From a virus (Duplodnaviria > Caudoviricetes), in the IMG/VR virus record IMGVR_UViG_3300047195_000664, positions 1 through 62,403 of that record: a DNA stretch of 62,403 bases; one strand, written 5' to 3'. Shown piece by piece: positions 48,205 to 59,200 of the stretch; the stretch's first letter is position 1; each line of letters begins with the position of its first letter. A model generated the notes under the pieces. That model was given only the letters and a program-made list of their open reading frames with translations. It ran no database searches and was not told the origin of the DNA. Position numbers and translations under genes: made by a program.

Positions 48205-48609
48205 ATGACGAATTATATCACAGCGGCTGAATTCACAGCGATTACAAGCGTGACTTGGGAACAGGCAGGCGAAGTTAATTCAATTTCCACAACTATAAGG
48301 GACGCAAAAGTTACAAGAGCACAACGAGAGTTCGAAAAAGAGGTTACTAGAATATTTACTGGCGCTGAAAGTGATTATGATTTGGCACAAGAGGCAGTCG
48401 CTTTCTTGGCAGCTCACCTTATCGCTCTAAGAGACCTGCCTCTAGTGTCAGATACAGCACATATTTCACCTTTCCTTAATGAATATAAAAGGAAAGTTGC
48501 ATTACTAAAATCGTCACAAACAGCATATCAAGAAAAAATTTGGGAACCATCGTTTGTAATAATTGATGTAAACGACGACGCTAACGAAAACAGATACGCA
48601 CAAGAATAG
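48205..48609 (+). CDS. Head-tail adaptor protein
   Basis: MTNYITAAEF...AVAFLAAHLI gp6/gp15-like pattern. Confidence 0.65.
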   Translation: MTNYITAAEFTAITSVTWEQAGEVNSISTTIRDAKVTRAQREFEKEVTRIFTGAESDYDLAQEAVAFLAAHLIALRDLPLVSDTAHISPFLNEYKRKVALLKSSQTAYQEKIWEPSFVIIDVNDDANENRYAQE

Positions 48610-48642
48610 CCTTGTGTATAATACCAATTGAGGTAGAGAAAT

Positions 48643-49101
48643 ATGGATTTTTTTAATTTGGGTATAGCAATTAGAGATGACTTACGAGACCATATACAAG
48701 ACCCTATTTCTAGACCAAAGCCTTCACAATGGATACATTACGATAATCCTGATAATGTCGGTAAAACTCCTGTTATTTATGTTGAGAGAGTTCCTAGTGC
48801 AACAATCAACCTCGATATAGTTGGGTCAGGAGAACAAAGGCCTATACTTAATTTTAGAGTCCATATTATAATTGATATTAATGACCATGGTGTAGTAGAT
48901 GATACTCCAATATCGGGTAACGAGTTACTTGATAAAGTAACTACAAAGGTTTATGATTTTTTAGAAGATAAGAGTTTTATTATTAGTAGTTCGACAAGTA
49001 GCACAACATACTATATCAAATGTACTAACATTGGCGGACAATATCCTATAGGTAATATTAAAAAAGCGGTAACTTTAGGTTATGAGGTGTGGCAATCATG
49101 A
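48643..49101 (+). CDS. Tail terminator-like protein
   Basis: AIRDDL...PVIYV...FRVHI pattern and position. Confidence 0.55.
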   Translation: MDFFNLGIAIRDDLRDHIQDPISRPKPSQWIHYDNPDNVGKTPVIYVERVPSATINLDIVGSGEQRPILNFRVHIIIDINDHGVVDDTPISGNELLDKVTTKVYDFLEDKSFIISSSTSSTTYYIKCTNIGGQYPIGNIKKAVTLGYEVWQS

Positions 49102-50279
49102 AAAAAATATTGTTTGTTGGTGACGGCCTTTGGACTCCTAGTGGCTTCGGAACAGTTATGCGCAACTTAATTAGTGGACTAAAAAGCGAATATAAAGTTG
49201 CTTTACAGAGTTGGCAGTTTGTAGGTAATAAAACTGAATTTGATGGCGTATCTATATATCCTTCTTATTTACATTTGTTTGGTAAAGACGTTTTACCATA
49301 CGTGATAGAAGATTTTGAACCTGATACTATGATAACACTTGGAGATTATTGGATGTTAAATTATTTAACAGCGGAACCGTTTAGAAATAAATTAAGAGAG
49401 AAAAATATAAAATGGATTTGGTATATACCTATAGATAGTGAAATGATTCCTCCTCATTTTATGCCATTATTAAAAAGTCCAGATGTTTTAGTTACCATGG
49501 CAAAATTTGCGCACGAAATGGCAAAGAAGGAAGGAATAAATAATGTTTATATTCCACACGGAGTAGACTTATCTCTATATAGAAGAGAATCAGACGAAGA
49601 AAGAGAAAAATGTAGAGAAGAAGAGGGATATAATGGTAAATTTGTAATTGGATGTGTCAATCGAAATCAGGATAGAAAACAATTACCAAGGTTAGTAGAG
49701 GCATTTGCTAAATTTGCTAAAGATAAAGATGATGTTATCTTACACTTTCACTGCGACCCATATGATGTAGCGAATTTAGCGGCAGGATATAATAATGATT
49801 CTTATCCACTATTAGTAAATGCAATTGGGCATTTTGGTGTTGCTGAAAAGGTTCATTTTTCGAGACAAATGAGGTCGTTTATTAATGGTGCTAATTTTGA
49901 CGAGATGCGCAAAATTTATAATTTATTTAATATAACCGCGAGTTCGACGTCAGGTGAAGGGTTTGGATTATCTACGATAGAAAGTATTGCTTGTGGTGTT
50001 CCAATTGTTATAACAGACTATACAAGTTCTAAGGAATTAGTTTTAAACGGGGGAAATAATAATGGTTTATTAGTTGATGTTAAAACATGTATGTTTGGAG
50101 GTTATGGTACTATGCGAGCAATAGTTGATATAGATGATATGGTAGCAAAGTTTCAATATTTATACGACCATCCAGAAGAAGTAAAGAAAATGAGTGATAA
50201 TTGTTTAAATTTCGCTAAACAATATGCTTGGAGTAAGATTATTCCAATGTGGAAAGAGGTGATTGAAGATGAAAAGTGA
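49089..50279 (+). CDS. GT4-family (GT-B) glycosyltransferase
   Basis: SGFG, IPHGVD, NRNQDRK, GEGFGLSTIESIACGVP. Confidence 0.92.
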   Translation: MAIMKKILFVGDGLWTPSGFGTVMRNLISGLKSEYKVALQSWQFVGNKTEFDGVSIYPSYLHLFGKDVLPYVIEDFEPDTMITLGDYWMLNYLTAEPFRNKLREKNIKWIWYIPIDSEMIPPHFMPLLKSPDVLVTMAKFAHEMAKKEGINNVYIPHGVDLSLYRRESDEEREKCREEEGYNGKFVIGCVNRNQDRKQLPRLVEAFAKFAKDKDDVILHFHCDPYDVANLAAGYNNDSYPLLVNAIGHFGVAEKVHFSRQMRSFINGANFDEMRKIYNLFNITASSTSGEGFGLSTIESIACGVPIVITDYTSSKELVLNGGNNNGLLVDVKTCMFGGYGTMRAIVDIDDMVAKFQYLYDHPEEVKKMSDNCLNFAKQYAWSKIIPMWKEVIEDEK

Positions 50280-50943
50280 AGAAGAATATTTTGCACAAAG
50301 AGATAGTGATATACAAAGCAATTGGGGTACAAACGAATTAATTGCTTTTTTTAATGAAATAGACGATGCTCGAACAATAAAAGACAATCCAAAAGTATTA
50401 GAAGTTGGTTGTGGTTCTGGAATGGGAATGATAAGATTAAAAGAAACATGGAAAGAACACAATCAAACTGACTTAAATATAAAAGGATTGGATATTAGTG
50501 ACTACGCAGTTGATGTTTGCAAAAAGCGTGGACTAGATGCTATTGTGGGAAATGCCGAAGAGTTACCATTTGAAAAAGATGAGTTTGATATTATAATAGG
50601 TCAACATGTATTAGAGCATACAGATATGGAAAAAACATTAAATGATTCTTTACGAGTAGCAAAGAAAGCAATTTTCATAATACCAATCGGTCCTTCGATA
50701 GATAATAATGATAGATTAAGCGATTTTGAGGAAACAAAAGATTATCAAAAAAGATTTTATCACACAAGAATAATAACCGATGAATCGTTGGAAGAGTTAC
50801 TTAAGAAGGTTCCAAACGAACGACACAAAGTTATTAAAGATATTGTGAAATATATATATAGTGGAGTAGAACATAAAAATTATATGATAGTCTTATATAG
50901 ACAAATTAAAAAAATAAAAGAGGTGAAGAAAGATGACAGTTAA
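50263..50943 (+). CDS. Class I SAM-dependent methyltransferase
   Basis: VLEVGCGSG, GLDIS, GNAEELPF, HVLEH. Confidence 0.9.
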   Translation: MKMKSEEEYFAQRDSDIQSNWGTNELIAFFNEIDDARTIKDNPKVLEVGCGSGMGMIRLKETWKEHNQTDLNIKGLDISDYAVDVCKKRGLDAIVGNAEELPFEKDEFDIIIGQHVLEHTDMEKTLNDSLRVAKKAIFIIPIGPSIDNNDRLSDFEETKDYQKRFYHTRIITDESLEELLKKVPNERHKVIKDIVKYIYSGVEHKNYMIVLYRQIKKIKEVKKDDS

Positions 50944-51316
50944 CACAGGAGTAGTAGGTCAGATAACTGTTAGTGGTACAGTCCTCTCTGGTACAGGTGC
51001 GTCAGGTATGGAAGCATCTATAACAATAGGTAAAGATAGAGAATATTTCTTACCTGTTGGTACAGATGTGAAAGAAAACGTTACAGGAATGAGAAACGTT
51101 GAAGGTACAGTAAAAAGAAAGTGGATTAGTGGAGATACGCTATTCCAAAGTTTGCTAACCAACGACACCGATTTCGAGGTAACAATTGCAATAAGTGGTG
51201 CAGGAACCTCTATTACGGCAAGTGGTTGTAGAGCAGGTCAGATAGTAAGAAGAGTTGCGCCTGGAACAGAAGTGATGGTAGAGGAAATGACCTTTGTAGG
51301 TAGAAATTGGTATTAA
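50933..51316 (+). CDS. Tail tube (major tail) protein
   Basis: GMRNVEGTVKRKW; upstream of chaperone and tape measure genes. Confidence 0.7.
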   Translation: MTVNTGVVGQITVSGTVLSGTGASGMEASITIGKDREYFLPVGTDVKENVTGMRNVEGTVKRKWISGDTLFQSLLTNDTDFEVTIAISGAGTSITASGCRAGQIVRRVAPGTEVMVEEMTFVGRNWY

Positions 51317-51381
51317 GATTTTTATTTTTTTTAACCAATTTCATCTACTCACAATTGAGTGAGTAAAAATAACACAATGGG

Positions 51382-51771
51382 GTGAAAGAAATGGGATATC
51401 TTGAGAAAAAGTTTATTTTGCATGAACGAGGAGCACAGGGGCAATTGCTTCCTGTAGACTATGATTGCGAAATATTAGGAGGAACAATATCTATAGTTCC
51501 TGCAACAAGAGGAGAAATATTAGAAACAATACAAAAGGCACGAAGTATGGGTATTGATGATAACAAACATAGGGCTGTGTGGGAAGAGTTTGTTATACAG
51601 CATTTGGAAATACCTAAGTTAACAAAAGAAGATTTTTTAAATATGAAATTAATACCAAAACCAGAAGACCCAAAGAAACATATAGATATTATAGATGTAT
51701 TAATGGACGCCATTAATGCAGTGAGTGGTATTGATACTCCTGAGAAAGGGGAGGAAGAACTAAAAAAATGA
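51382..51771 (+). CDS. Tail assembly chaperone
   Basis: Position; ends in slippery A AAA AAA. Confidence 0.7.
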   Translation: MKEMGYLEKKFILHERGAQGQLLPVDYDCEILGGTISIVPATRGEILETIQKARSMGIDDNKHRAVWEEFVIQHLEIPKLTKEDFLNMKLIPKPEDPKKHIDIIDVLMDAINAVSGIDTPEKGEEELKK

Positions 51772-51941
51772 TGACGGAATTGCAAAAGGTAGATAACATA
51801 CAAAAGGAATTATCAGTTCAGTCTTTTTTGCATTCGAAAGGATACACCTACTTTACAATTCCATACATAACATATAAAGAAATTAAGCAGTTAATAGACG
51901 GAGATATAATAATTAAAGAGGCCCAAACTAAAGAGGGATAA
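51768..51941 (+). CDS. -1 frame extension of the tail assembly chaperone (57 aa; not in ORF track)
   Basis: Open -1 frame from the slippery site to just before the tape measure gene. Confidence 0.7.
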   Translation: MMTELQKVDNIQKELSVQSFLHSKGYTYFTIPYITYKEIKQLIDGDIIIKEAQTKEG

Positions 51942-51949
51942 GGAGTGAT

Positions 51950-54562
51950 GTGAGCATGACGATATATACAGACAAGTATCAAATCGTAGAAGAAGGCTTT
52001 GACAATATCTACAGAAAGTTCGATATGCTTGGTTATAAAGTGCAACAAGCTTCTACTACTTATGGTACCCTTGGTAAATCAGTAGAGGAAACTACTAAAA
52101 GAATGCAAGGACAACACGGAATAACAGGAAGATTAAATATTGGTTTATCTGAAACAATAAAGACTGGTATGTTAATGAGTATCGGTTGGCAAGCTATCAA
52201 TACTGTAATGACAACTGGTATGGAAATAGCAAATCGCATGATAACAGGATATATTGAATTAGAAGCATCACTGAAGTCAATTGAAGTTGTGGCTCGTGCT
52301 ACCGGAAGAAGTTATGGAGAAGTTATGTATCTAATGGAGAAAAATACGGATGAATTTATGTCTATGACAGCATTAGCTCCTGGTGTAATGAGATTATTAT
52401 CGACTTCGCTTACTACAGAACAGATGGATAAATTTATACAAGCAGTTAAAGATGGTTCTGCTGCAATGGGTTATCAAGCAGCAGAACAATTGCCACTTAT
52501 TACGCGTGGTTTTAAACAACTAACAGCTAATATTTTAGATAATATTGGTGTTACCGTTTATTTATCTAAAATAAGACGTTCGGCGGCTACGGAGTTGGGT
52601 ATTTCTGTTGACGCTTTAACAGAAGCACAAATTCATCAGGAATTATATAATGAAATGATTGCACAAACATCAAAGTACACAGGATTGTATGAAGCTCAAA
52701 CTACAACAGCGGCAGGAGCTATTGCGGGATTGACTACAGAGTTTACCAAATTAACAGAGGCGATATCTAAAGGCAATATTCCAATAATTAAAGAATTTGT
52801 TGGTGGATTAACATATGTAGTTCAATCAATGAGAATAGTTAGCGAATCATTTGAAGGAATGGAAAAATATAATTTAGGATTTGTATCTGGGGTTTATAAT
52901 ACTATACAGACATTTGATGATTTTATTCCACTATTAGCTGAATATAGTTTAATTATGCAAGAAGGTAAAGGTAGTACTAAAGAATATAATTACTATTTAC
53001 AGATGTTAGCAGATATTAGTGGTAAAACTACTGAAGAAATCCAAAAATTAGTTGAGGAACAAAAAACCGAATTAAAAATGTCTCTCGCTCTAACTCAAAC
53101 AGGAGAAGATTTTGCTGATACAATACAACTGATGTATGGTAACATTTCGGAATGGAGTAATGAAGTTGCAAAAACTAAACCAATTTTAGATAATGTATCA
53201 AAATCAACACGCGATATGTTAAAAAATATGTTTCCAACAATAGACGCTTATACAACATTTGATGATGTTTTAGGTATCACGGAAAATAAGTTAGGCCTTT
53301 TACCAAAAGCGTTAAAAGAAGCGCAAGAAGCATATACTTATCATGAGAAAGCTTTAAATGAAAACGAGACAGCAATACGAGATGCGAATGATGAAATTGC
53401 ATATATGACTTCGGGCTTAGTAAGAATGGAGGACGAATTGGGAAATATTACATACACATATGATGAAAATTATATGAGTTTAGATAAATTAACAGAACAA
53501 ATTGATGTCTTTACTAGGGGAACAGATGATGCTATTATGGGAATAAGTGGTTTTACTCACTCCTTAGAAGCTTCTGGTCAATTAATTAAAAGTTACCAAT
53601 CACAAATAGAAGAGTTACAAAGAGCATTGCATCCTGAGTCATTTGATACGCTAGCAGACAAATATTCTGACGCTAAAAGAGAACTAGAAGATTTGCCTGC
53701 TCAAATAGATAGAGCGCGTGAAGCCCAAGAAAAAGCCTCTCAAGCAGTTAAAGAAAAAAGAGTAGAACCTTCTGTTTTTGTTAGATTACTAGAAGATGAA
53801 GCAACTGCAAGAGAAGAACTTGCCAGATTAGAAGGAGAGTACGCTACAAAACAAGAAGAAGAATTAACATTACGACAGCAGGTAGAAGCCGAAATATCTA
53901 ATTTGACAACAAAATTAAATGAAGAACAAAGTTACTATGATATAATTAAAGGTAAAGTTGAAGATTTAACAGCTGCCAAAAACACATTGAATGAAACTGT
54001 TCAAACACAAAGAAATAACATTGATGCGTGGAATAGAGAAAATGTCTACCATAGAGAACAAATAGGATTAAATAAAGATAAAATTGCTGATTTAGGAGAT
54101 ACAATTGATATAACTACCAAAAGTTTACAAGATTTCACAACAGAACTTGAGAAAGAGCGAATAATAAATATTTCAGTTAATGTTAAAGCAGAAACGGCAA
54201 AAAGAGAACTTGATGATGTTATTAGTAAAATACAAACCATTAATAATATAATGGGAGGAGGATATAAAATTGGAACTCCTGGTAGCTTTTTAAGTTGGGG
54301 ACTCGAATTTATAAAAAATTTGGTTAAAGGAAAAGCACAATTTGGTATTCCTAATGTTCCAGAAGCTGGATTATATATGTTGCATCCAAACGAACGTGTA
54401 TTAACGGCATCAGAAAATCGTTCATATACTAATAATAATAGTAGTAGTGTTATGAATTTTTCAAATGGCGCAATTATAATTCAGGCGGGTAACAGAAGTG
54501 GTGAAGATTTACTACGAGAAATATCTAGTGCAGCAATGTACCAATTAAATAGGAGGAGCTAA
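51950..54562 (+). CDS. Tape measure protein
   Basis: 870 aa helical/coiled coil; ILDNIG and C-terminal LHPNERVL motifs. Confidence 0.9.
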   Translation: MSMTIYTDKYQIVEEGFDNIYRKFDMLGYKVQQASTTYGTLGKSVEETTKRMQGQHGITGRLNIGLSETIKTGMLMSIGWQAINTVMTTGMEIANRMITGYIELEASLKSIEVVARATGRSYGEVMYLMEKNTDEFMSMTALAPGVMRLLSTSLTTEQMDKFIQAVKDGSAAMGYQAAEQLPLITRGFKQLTANILDNIGVTVYLSKIRRSAATELGISVDALTEAQIHQELYNEMIAQTSKYTGLYEAQTTTAAGAIAGLTTEFTKLTEAISKGNIPIIKEFVGGLTYVVQSMRIVSESFEGMEKYNLGFVSGVYNTIQTFDDFIPLLAEYSLIMQEGKGSTKEYNYYLQMLADISGKTTEEIQKLVEEQKTELKMSLALTQTGEDFADTIQLMYGNISEWSNEVAKTKPILDNVSKSTRDMLKNMFPTIDAYTTFDDVLGITENKLGLLPKALKEAQEAYTYHEKALNENETAIRDANDEIAYMTSGLVRMEDELGNITYTYDENYMSLDKLTEQIDVFTRGTDDAIMGISGFTHSLEASGQLIKSYQSQIEELQRALHPESFDTLADKYSDAKRELEDLPAQIDRAREAQEKASQAVKEKRVEPSVFVRLLEDEATAREELARLEGEYATKQEEELTLRQQVEAEISNLTTKLNEEQSYYDIIKGKVEDLTAAKNTLNETVQTQRNNIDAWNRENVYHREQIGLNKDKIADLGDTIDITTKSLQDFTTELEKERIINISVNVKAETAKRELDDVISKIQTINNIMGGGYKIGTPGSFLSWGLEFIKNLVKGKAQFGIPNVPEAGLYMLHPNERVLTASENRSYTNNNSSSVMNFSNGAIIIQAGNRSGEDLLREISSAAMYQLNRRS

Positions 54563-54563
54563 T

Positions 54564-54908
54564 ATGATAACAACTGTTGTGCTTGGTTCAGTAACAATAA
54601 AATGTAATGTAGTTGATAAGCAGATTGTACCCAAAATTGCAGTAATAGAGATACCAGGGCGAGAAGGAGATTTAGTTCAAAATTTAGGAAATAGTTCTAA
54701 AGCAGTAAGATTACAAGGCATATTAACAGGTACAAGTAAAGATACAGACAAATCAACATTAGAAGGATATAAAGGTACGACACAAACATATACAGACACA
54801 GACGAATCATTTACTATGATAGTAACACGTGTAAACATTCCAACAATCGGAGGACAACCGAATCATTACACGTTTACAATAGAAGGTCGAAAATACGACC
54901 AAACATAA
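54564..54908 (+). CDS. Distal tail (Dit-like) protein
   Basis: IPGREGDLVQNLG...VRLQG after TMP. Confidence 0.7.
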   Translation: MITTVVLGSVTIKCNVVDKQIVPKIAVIEIPGREGDLVQNLGNSSKAVRLQGILTGTSKDTDKSTLEGYKGTTQTYTDTDESFTMIVTRVNIPTIGGQPNHYTFTIEGRKYDQT

Positions 54909-54928
54909 AAAGTAAGAGGTGAAGAAAA

Positions 54929-55501
54929 ATGGTAGCAGACCTAAGTGTCTATTTTGACTTTGGGGGGACAGATGCGACACCGGGAACGCAGCAAGATACG
55001 GATGGTTTAGGACCACCTAACATGAGATTTAAACAAGCAGATGATGCCACAATAAATACATCAAATCCTATACCAATTCCAGCAGCGGGTTCAAGCTTTT
55101 CAAGATGGAAACAAATATATCTTAAGTGTGATACAGCACCAGGTACACAGATAGATAATATAAAATTCTACTCAGATGGTGGTGGCTTTGGTACTGGTAT
55201 AACGCTTAATGTAGGGAATCAGTTTCCAACGAAGAATAGTGGGACAAATTCGGGGTATCAAGTAGCAGATGTAAGCGCAACAATGATTGGTGGGCATACG
55301 GGTATATCAACACAAACTGATGTATTTACACTAACATCAGGTGCACCATTAAGTGGGCCAACAATATCGGAATCTGGTAACATAATAAATGCGCAAAACG
55401 AGACTACAAATTACTTAGTACTACAGATGGTAGTAGTAAATACAGCGTCGCCAGGTGACCTTGCAAACGAAACACTAACGTTCCAATATGATGAAATATA
55501 A
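54929..55501 (+). CDS. Putative virion structural/appendage protein
   Basis: Strong RBS; beta-rich; ends ETLTFQYDEI. Confidence 0.55.
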   Translation: MVADLSVYFDFGGTDATPGTQQDTDGLGPPNMRFKQADDATINTSNPIPIPAAGSSFSRWKQIYLKCDTAPGTQIDNIKFYSDGGGFGTGITLNVGNQFPTKNSGTNSGYQVADVSATMIGGHTGISTQTDVFTLTSGAPLSGPTISESGNIINAQNETTNYLVLQMVVVNTASPGDLANETLTFQYDEI

Positions 55502-55534
55502 AACTAATACAATAGAGTAGGAGGTGTCAATACA

Positions 55535-56086
55535 ATGACTGATATAAGATGGAGAGCAATATATAGTGATGGCTCTTATTTAGAGCAATTTAATAAAGAC
55601 GGTAAAGAGAATAAATATCAAGATATTGATAGAAGTAGGCTTGTTTCTTTCGAATTATTTGAGACAAATAACTTTTGTGTTAATTGTAAAACAAAGTTAT
55701 TAGAGATGTTTTTACGTAAAGATAATGGTGGGTACTACGATACTATTTTTAAATATTGCCCTAATTGTAGTGGGGTATGGAAAACAAAAGAACAACCAAT
55801 TTTTAAAATACATTTAGAATCAGGGCAAAGATTAATATGTAGAAGAAGAACAGGTAAAAGAGTTAAAATCTCTAATGTTATGGAATGTAAAGAAGTAGGA
55901 GAATTAGATGTAGAAGGAGAATATTATTTTTATATAGTAGGATGGCAACAAACAATTGAAGGTAAAAATGTTCAAGCTATTGCATATATATTTGAAGACG
56001 GACATATAGAATTGGCAGGTAATTGGAAAAACAATCATAAATTATTTTATGCGCCCAATTTGCTTCCTGAAGAGAGCGGAGAGTAG
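55535..56086 (+). CDS. Conserved viral hypothetical protein with inserted Zn ribbon
   Basis: WRAIYSDGSYLEQF...YIVGWQ; CVNC/CPNC. Confidence 0.6.
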   Translation: MTDIRWRAIYSDGSYLEQFNKDGKENKYQDIDRSRLVSFELFETNNFCVNCKTKLLEMFLRKDNGGYYDTIFKYCPNCSGVWKTKEQPIFKIHLESGQRLICRRRTGKRVKISNVMECKEVGELDVEGEYYFYIVGWQQTIEGKNVQAIAYIFEDGHIELAGNWKNNHKLFYAPNLLPEESGE

Positions 56087-56285
56087 TATGGATGAACAAC
56101 TACCTAAGTGTTGTGATTGTGGCAAAAAAGAACTTGTACATCAAGGAGAAAGATATGATGTAATGATAGCGCGTGATGTTCCTTGGTATAAGTGTAAAAG
56201 TTGTGGAGCAGAATATGAAAGTCACATTTGGTATGGTGGTAGCGGTTCGTGGTATTTAACAAAGAGGCAAGATAGTGGTAACTAA
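56049..56285 (+). CDS. Small Zn-ribbon protein (start likely MDEQ at 56088)
   Basis: CCDCG and CKSCG. Confidence 0.55.
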   Translation: MRPICFLKRAESSMDEQLPKCCDCGKKELVHQGERYDVMIARDVPWYKCKSCGAEYESHIWYGGSGSWYLTKRQDSGN

Positions 56286-59200
56286 ACGGTTAGTTAAATC
56301 AAAAACAAAGTGGAGATTATGGATTTTCGCTACAACTATTACTCTCGCCACTTTATTAGGTTATCTAGAAACGCAAGGAATACAGACATGGCATTCTGGG
56401 GATATGGTATGTGGTGGAAAAATTATTTGCGATGGGCTGTTTGATATAAATGTGCCTATAAAAATGTCGAATTACTTAGGCGAAAGTATTAATATTACAG
56501 AACTTTGTTTTGGCAAAAATATAAATATAGTAGTGGATAATGTTTATAATCTCTCTATTTATAAAGCAGATAAGCGGTATGGTGTAAATAACCCGAATCG
56601 CTGGAAACCTTTTAATTTTACCGGAAACTGTCTTCCAATAGGTAATAATTCGTTTAAGATAAACGCTACAAAGGACGAATTCTCTATAGTAAAATGGGCA
56701 GTATCTAATACAAATATTGACCCTTACTGGTACGGAATTGAAAAAGTAACAACATGTATTCGTACCGAAGGAACTACAGATTGTAAAAATGATGACGGAA
56801 CTCGTACTTTGAGCATAGGTCAGGCAAACGTATGGGACGGAAAAGAATGGGTAGATGGTGACCGATTGTCTGAAATAGTAAATGTGTCATATTCAGACGG
56901 AACTATCAACATTTCGTCTTCTTATTTTTCGTATATTATAGATGTCAGCATAAATGATGGAGAAAAGGATTACAAGTTAAAAGACTTTCCTGTAAAGTCA
57001 GCATTGAATATAATAGATGACAAATCAGCCATGGAGTTTGCTTTAAACATATCAGATATTCCAAAAGCAGTTGAAGGCAAACTATCCCATATAAATTTTG
57101 CACATAAAAAATCAGGAGATTTAAAGAATATTGAAATAGCTTATTCAGATTTGACAAGAAGCGGCTATGAACTTTCTGAAGGAAAAGATGTCATTCAAAT
57201 AGGCAATTTACAAGCTAAATTGTCTTCTGGTAGCTTATACTTAGACCCATTGGTCACTTTAGGCAATGGCAATGTAACCGCTGATACTACATTAAATGCA
57301 TCTGCATCAGCTACATATGGTGACTATGGTCTTATGGTAACCATGACAGCACATTGGGTAAGTGCAACAAACAGGAAGACTCCAATACTTAAAGTGGGTA
57401 TAAGCAGTTTGCCTGCTAATGCAACTATTACAGAAGCACGTCTTTTTTTGAGGGTTGCAGACAGTAATTTAGATTCAGGTGAAACATTCAATTACGATGT
57501 TCATCATGTTTATAATCAGTCTTCATACAATATAGGCGGGGCAGAATGGACAGAAGGAAACGTTGCTCCAACTTCTTCTTGTACCGTTAATGGTGGTGCT
57601 GCATCTGGAACTGAAATTTACTGGGGCAATATGCCTACAACATCTAGTCAGATGAACCTCACTTACGAATCAAGGGTAACATCTGCTGATGGAGGTGTAG
57701 CTGCTCATTGGAATAATTGGAGTATAATTAAAATGCTACAAACAGAATACAATTCAGGCGGGAAGAACTTAACAATATTGTTAAACGTTACACGAGGTGC
57801 TGGTTCTCCAGATAACTCAGACTGTGCAACTATAGACTCAGCAGAAGCCGCAACTGCTACTAGCAGACCATTCATAAATATAACATACACGACACCTGAC
57901 ATTACAAATCCAACATATTCTTTGAACTCAACGAATTCAACGTACGCAGGATTTTCTACAAAGTTTTCTTTATACTGGCAAGATACAGTTGGTTTAAGCG
58001 GATATAATTTCAGTTTCTGCAACGGAAGCTGGATAGGTAGTGTATGTACTGCTGGATGGATAAATGATACTTGGGTAGCAATGACAGGTACTGGCAACTG
58101 GTCTAATGTAACCAAGTCGGTCAATTCAACAATCGGTTCTATAATAGCTTGGTGCGTAAAAGCTAACGATACGTCAAACAACTGGAATACAAGTTCATGC
58201 AACAATCCATTTAATTATACAACACAAGAAGCACCATATCCGCCAACAATAGTCAACCAGCAATCTTATACCAACTGGTCTGCTGGATTAGGATTCAATG
58301 TAACAGCGACTGCAGATGATGGTAATGGTTTAGATGATATTACTAATTGCTATCTATTTAGCAAAAGGAAATACGATAACTATGGAGTGCAATATACCTA
58401 TACTAATAAAACAGGAGTATACAATTCAGGAAACGGAAACTGTACGTCAAATATTTCTACATCAGATGGTAGCATAGTTGTTATGACAAATAATACTGGT
58501 ATTACAGACAGTGTATATAATGGTGGATTATTAAAAGATGAAATAAATGACATCATTTGGATGTGTTCACAATATATACGTATTACCAAAATTAATGCTA
58601 CAACTGGAGAAGTAATAGCAATAGCTTATCCAACAGGTGGCAGTTGTACAAGATTGGTTCAAGACGATAATTTTCTTTATGTTGGTGATAGTGATGGGAG
58701 ATTGATAAAACTAAACAAAACAGATATGAGTTTCACAGAGACCGCAACTGGTATGAATGTAAAAAATCCTTCTCTTGAAATAGATGATGTGGGTGATGAC
58801 CGAGGCATATATTATATGAACAGTAGCGGTACTGGGAAGTATATGATAAAAGTAAACGCATCTAATATAACTCAGCAATTGTGGCAAATCGATACTGGGG
58901 CAACTGCTGTACAAGATATTGCAACTAATGATAATATTCCTGCCGTATATACAGCCGGGCAACTTAATGTAGTCAAGAAAATTAACAAAACAGACGGTGC
59001 TATTGATTGCACTGTTGCAGACCCAGGAGACTCTTCATCATCGGCTGAATACGATTCATGGTTGGGAAACTTGTGGGTAGGAGGTTATTATGAAAGATTA
59101 CGCTACATCAATGTTACAAGTTGTGCTACTTTACAAACGGCTACTCTTGGGCCGTCTGGTGATGCTATATTTGATGTGCGAGTAGATGCTGATTTCGTAT

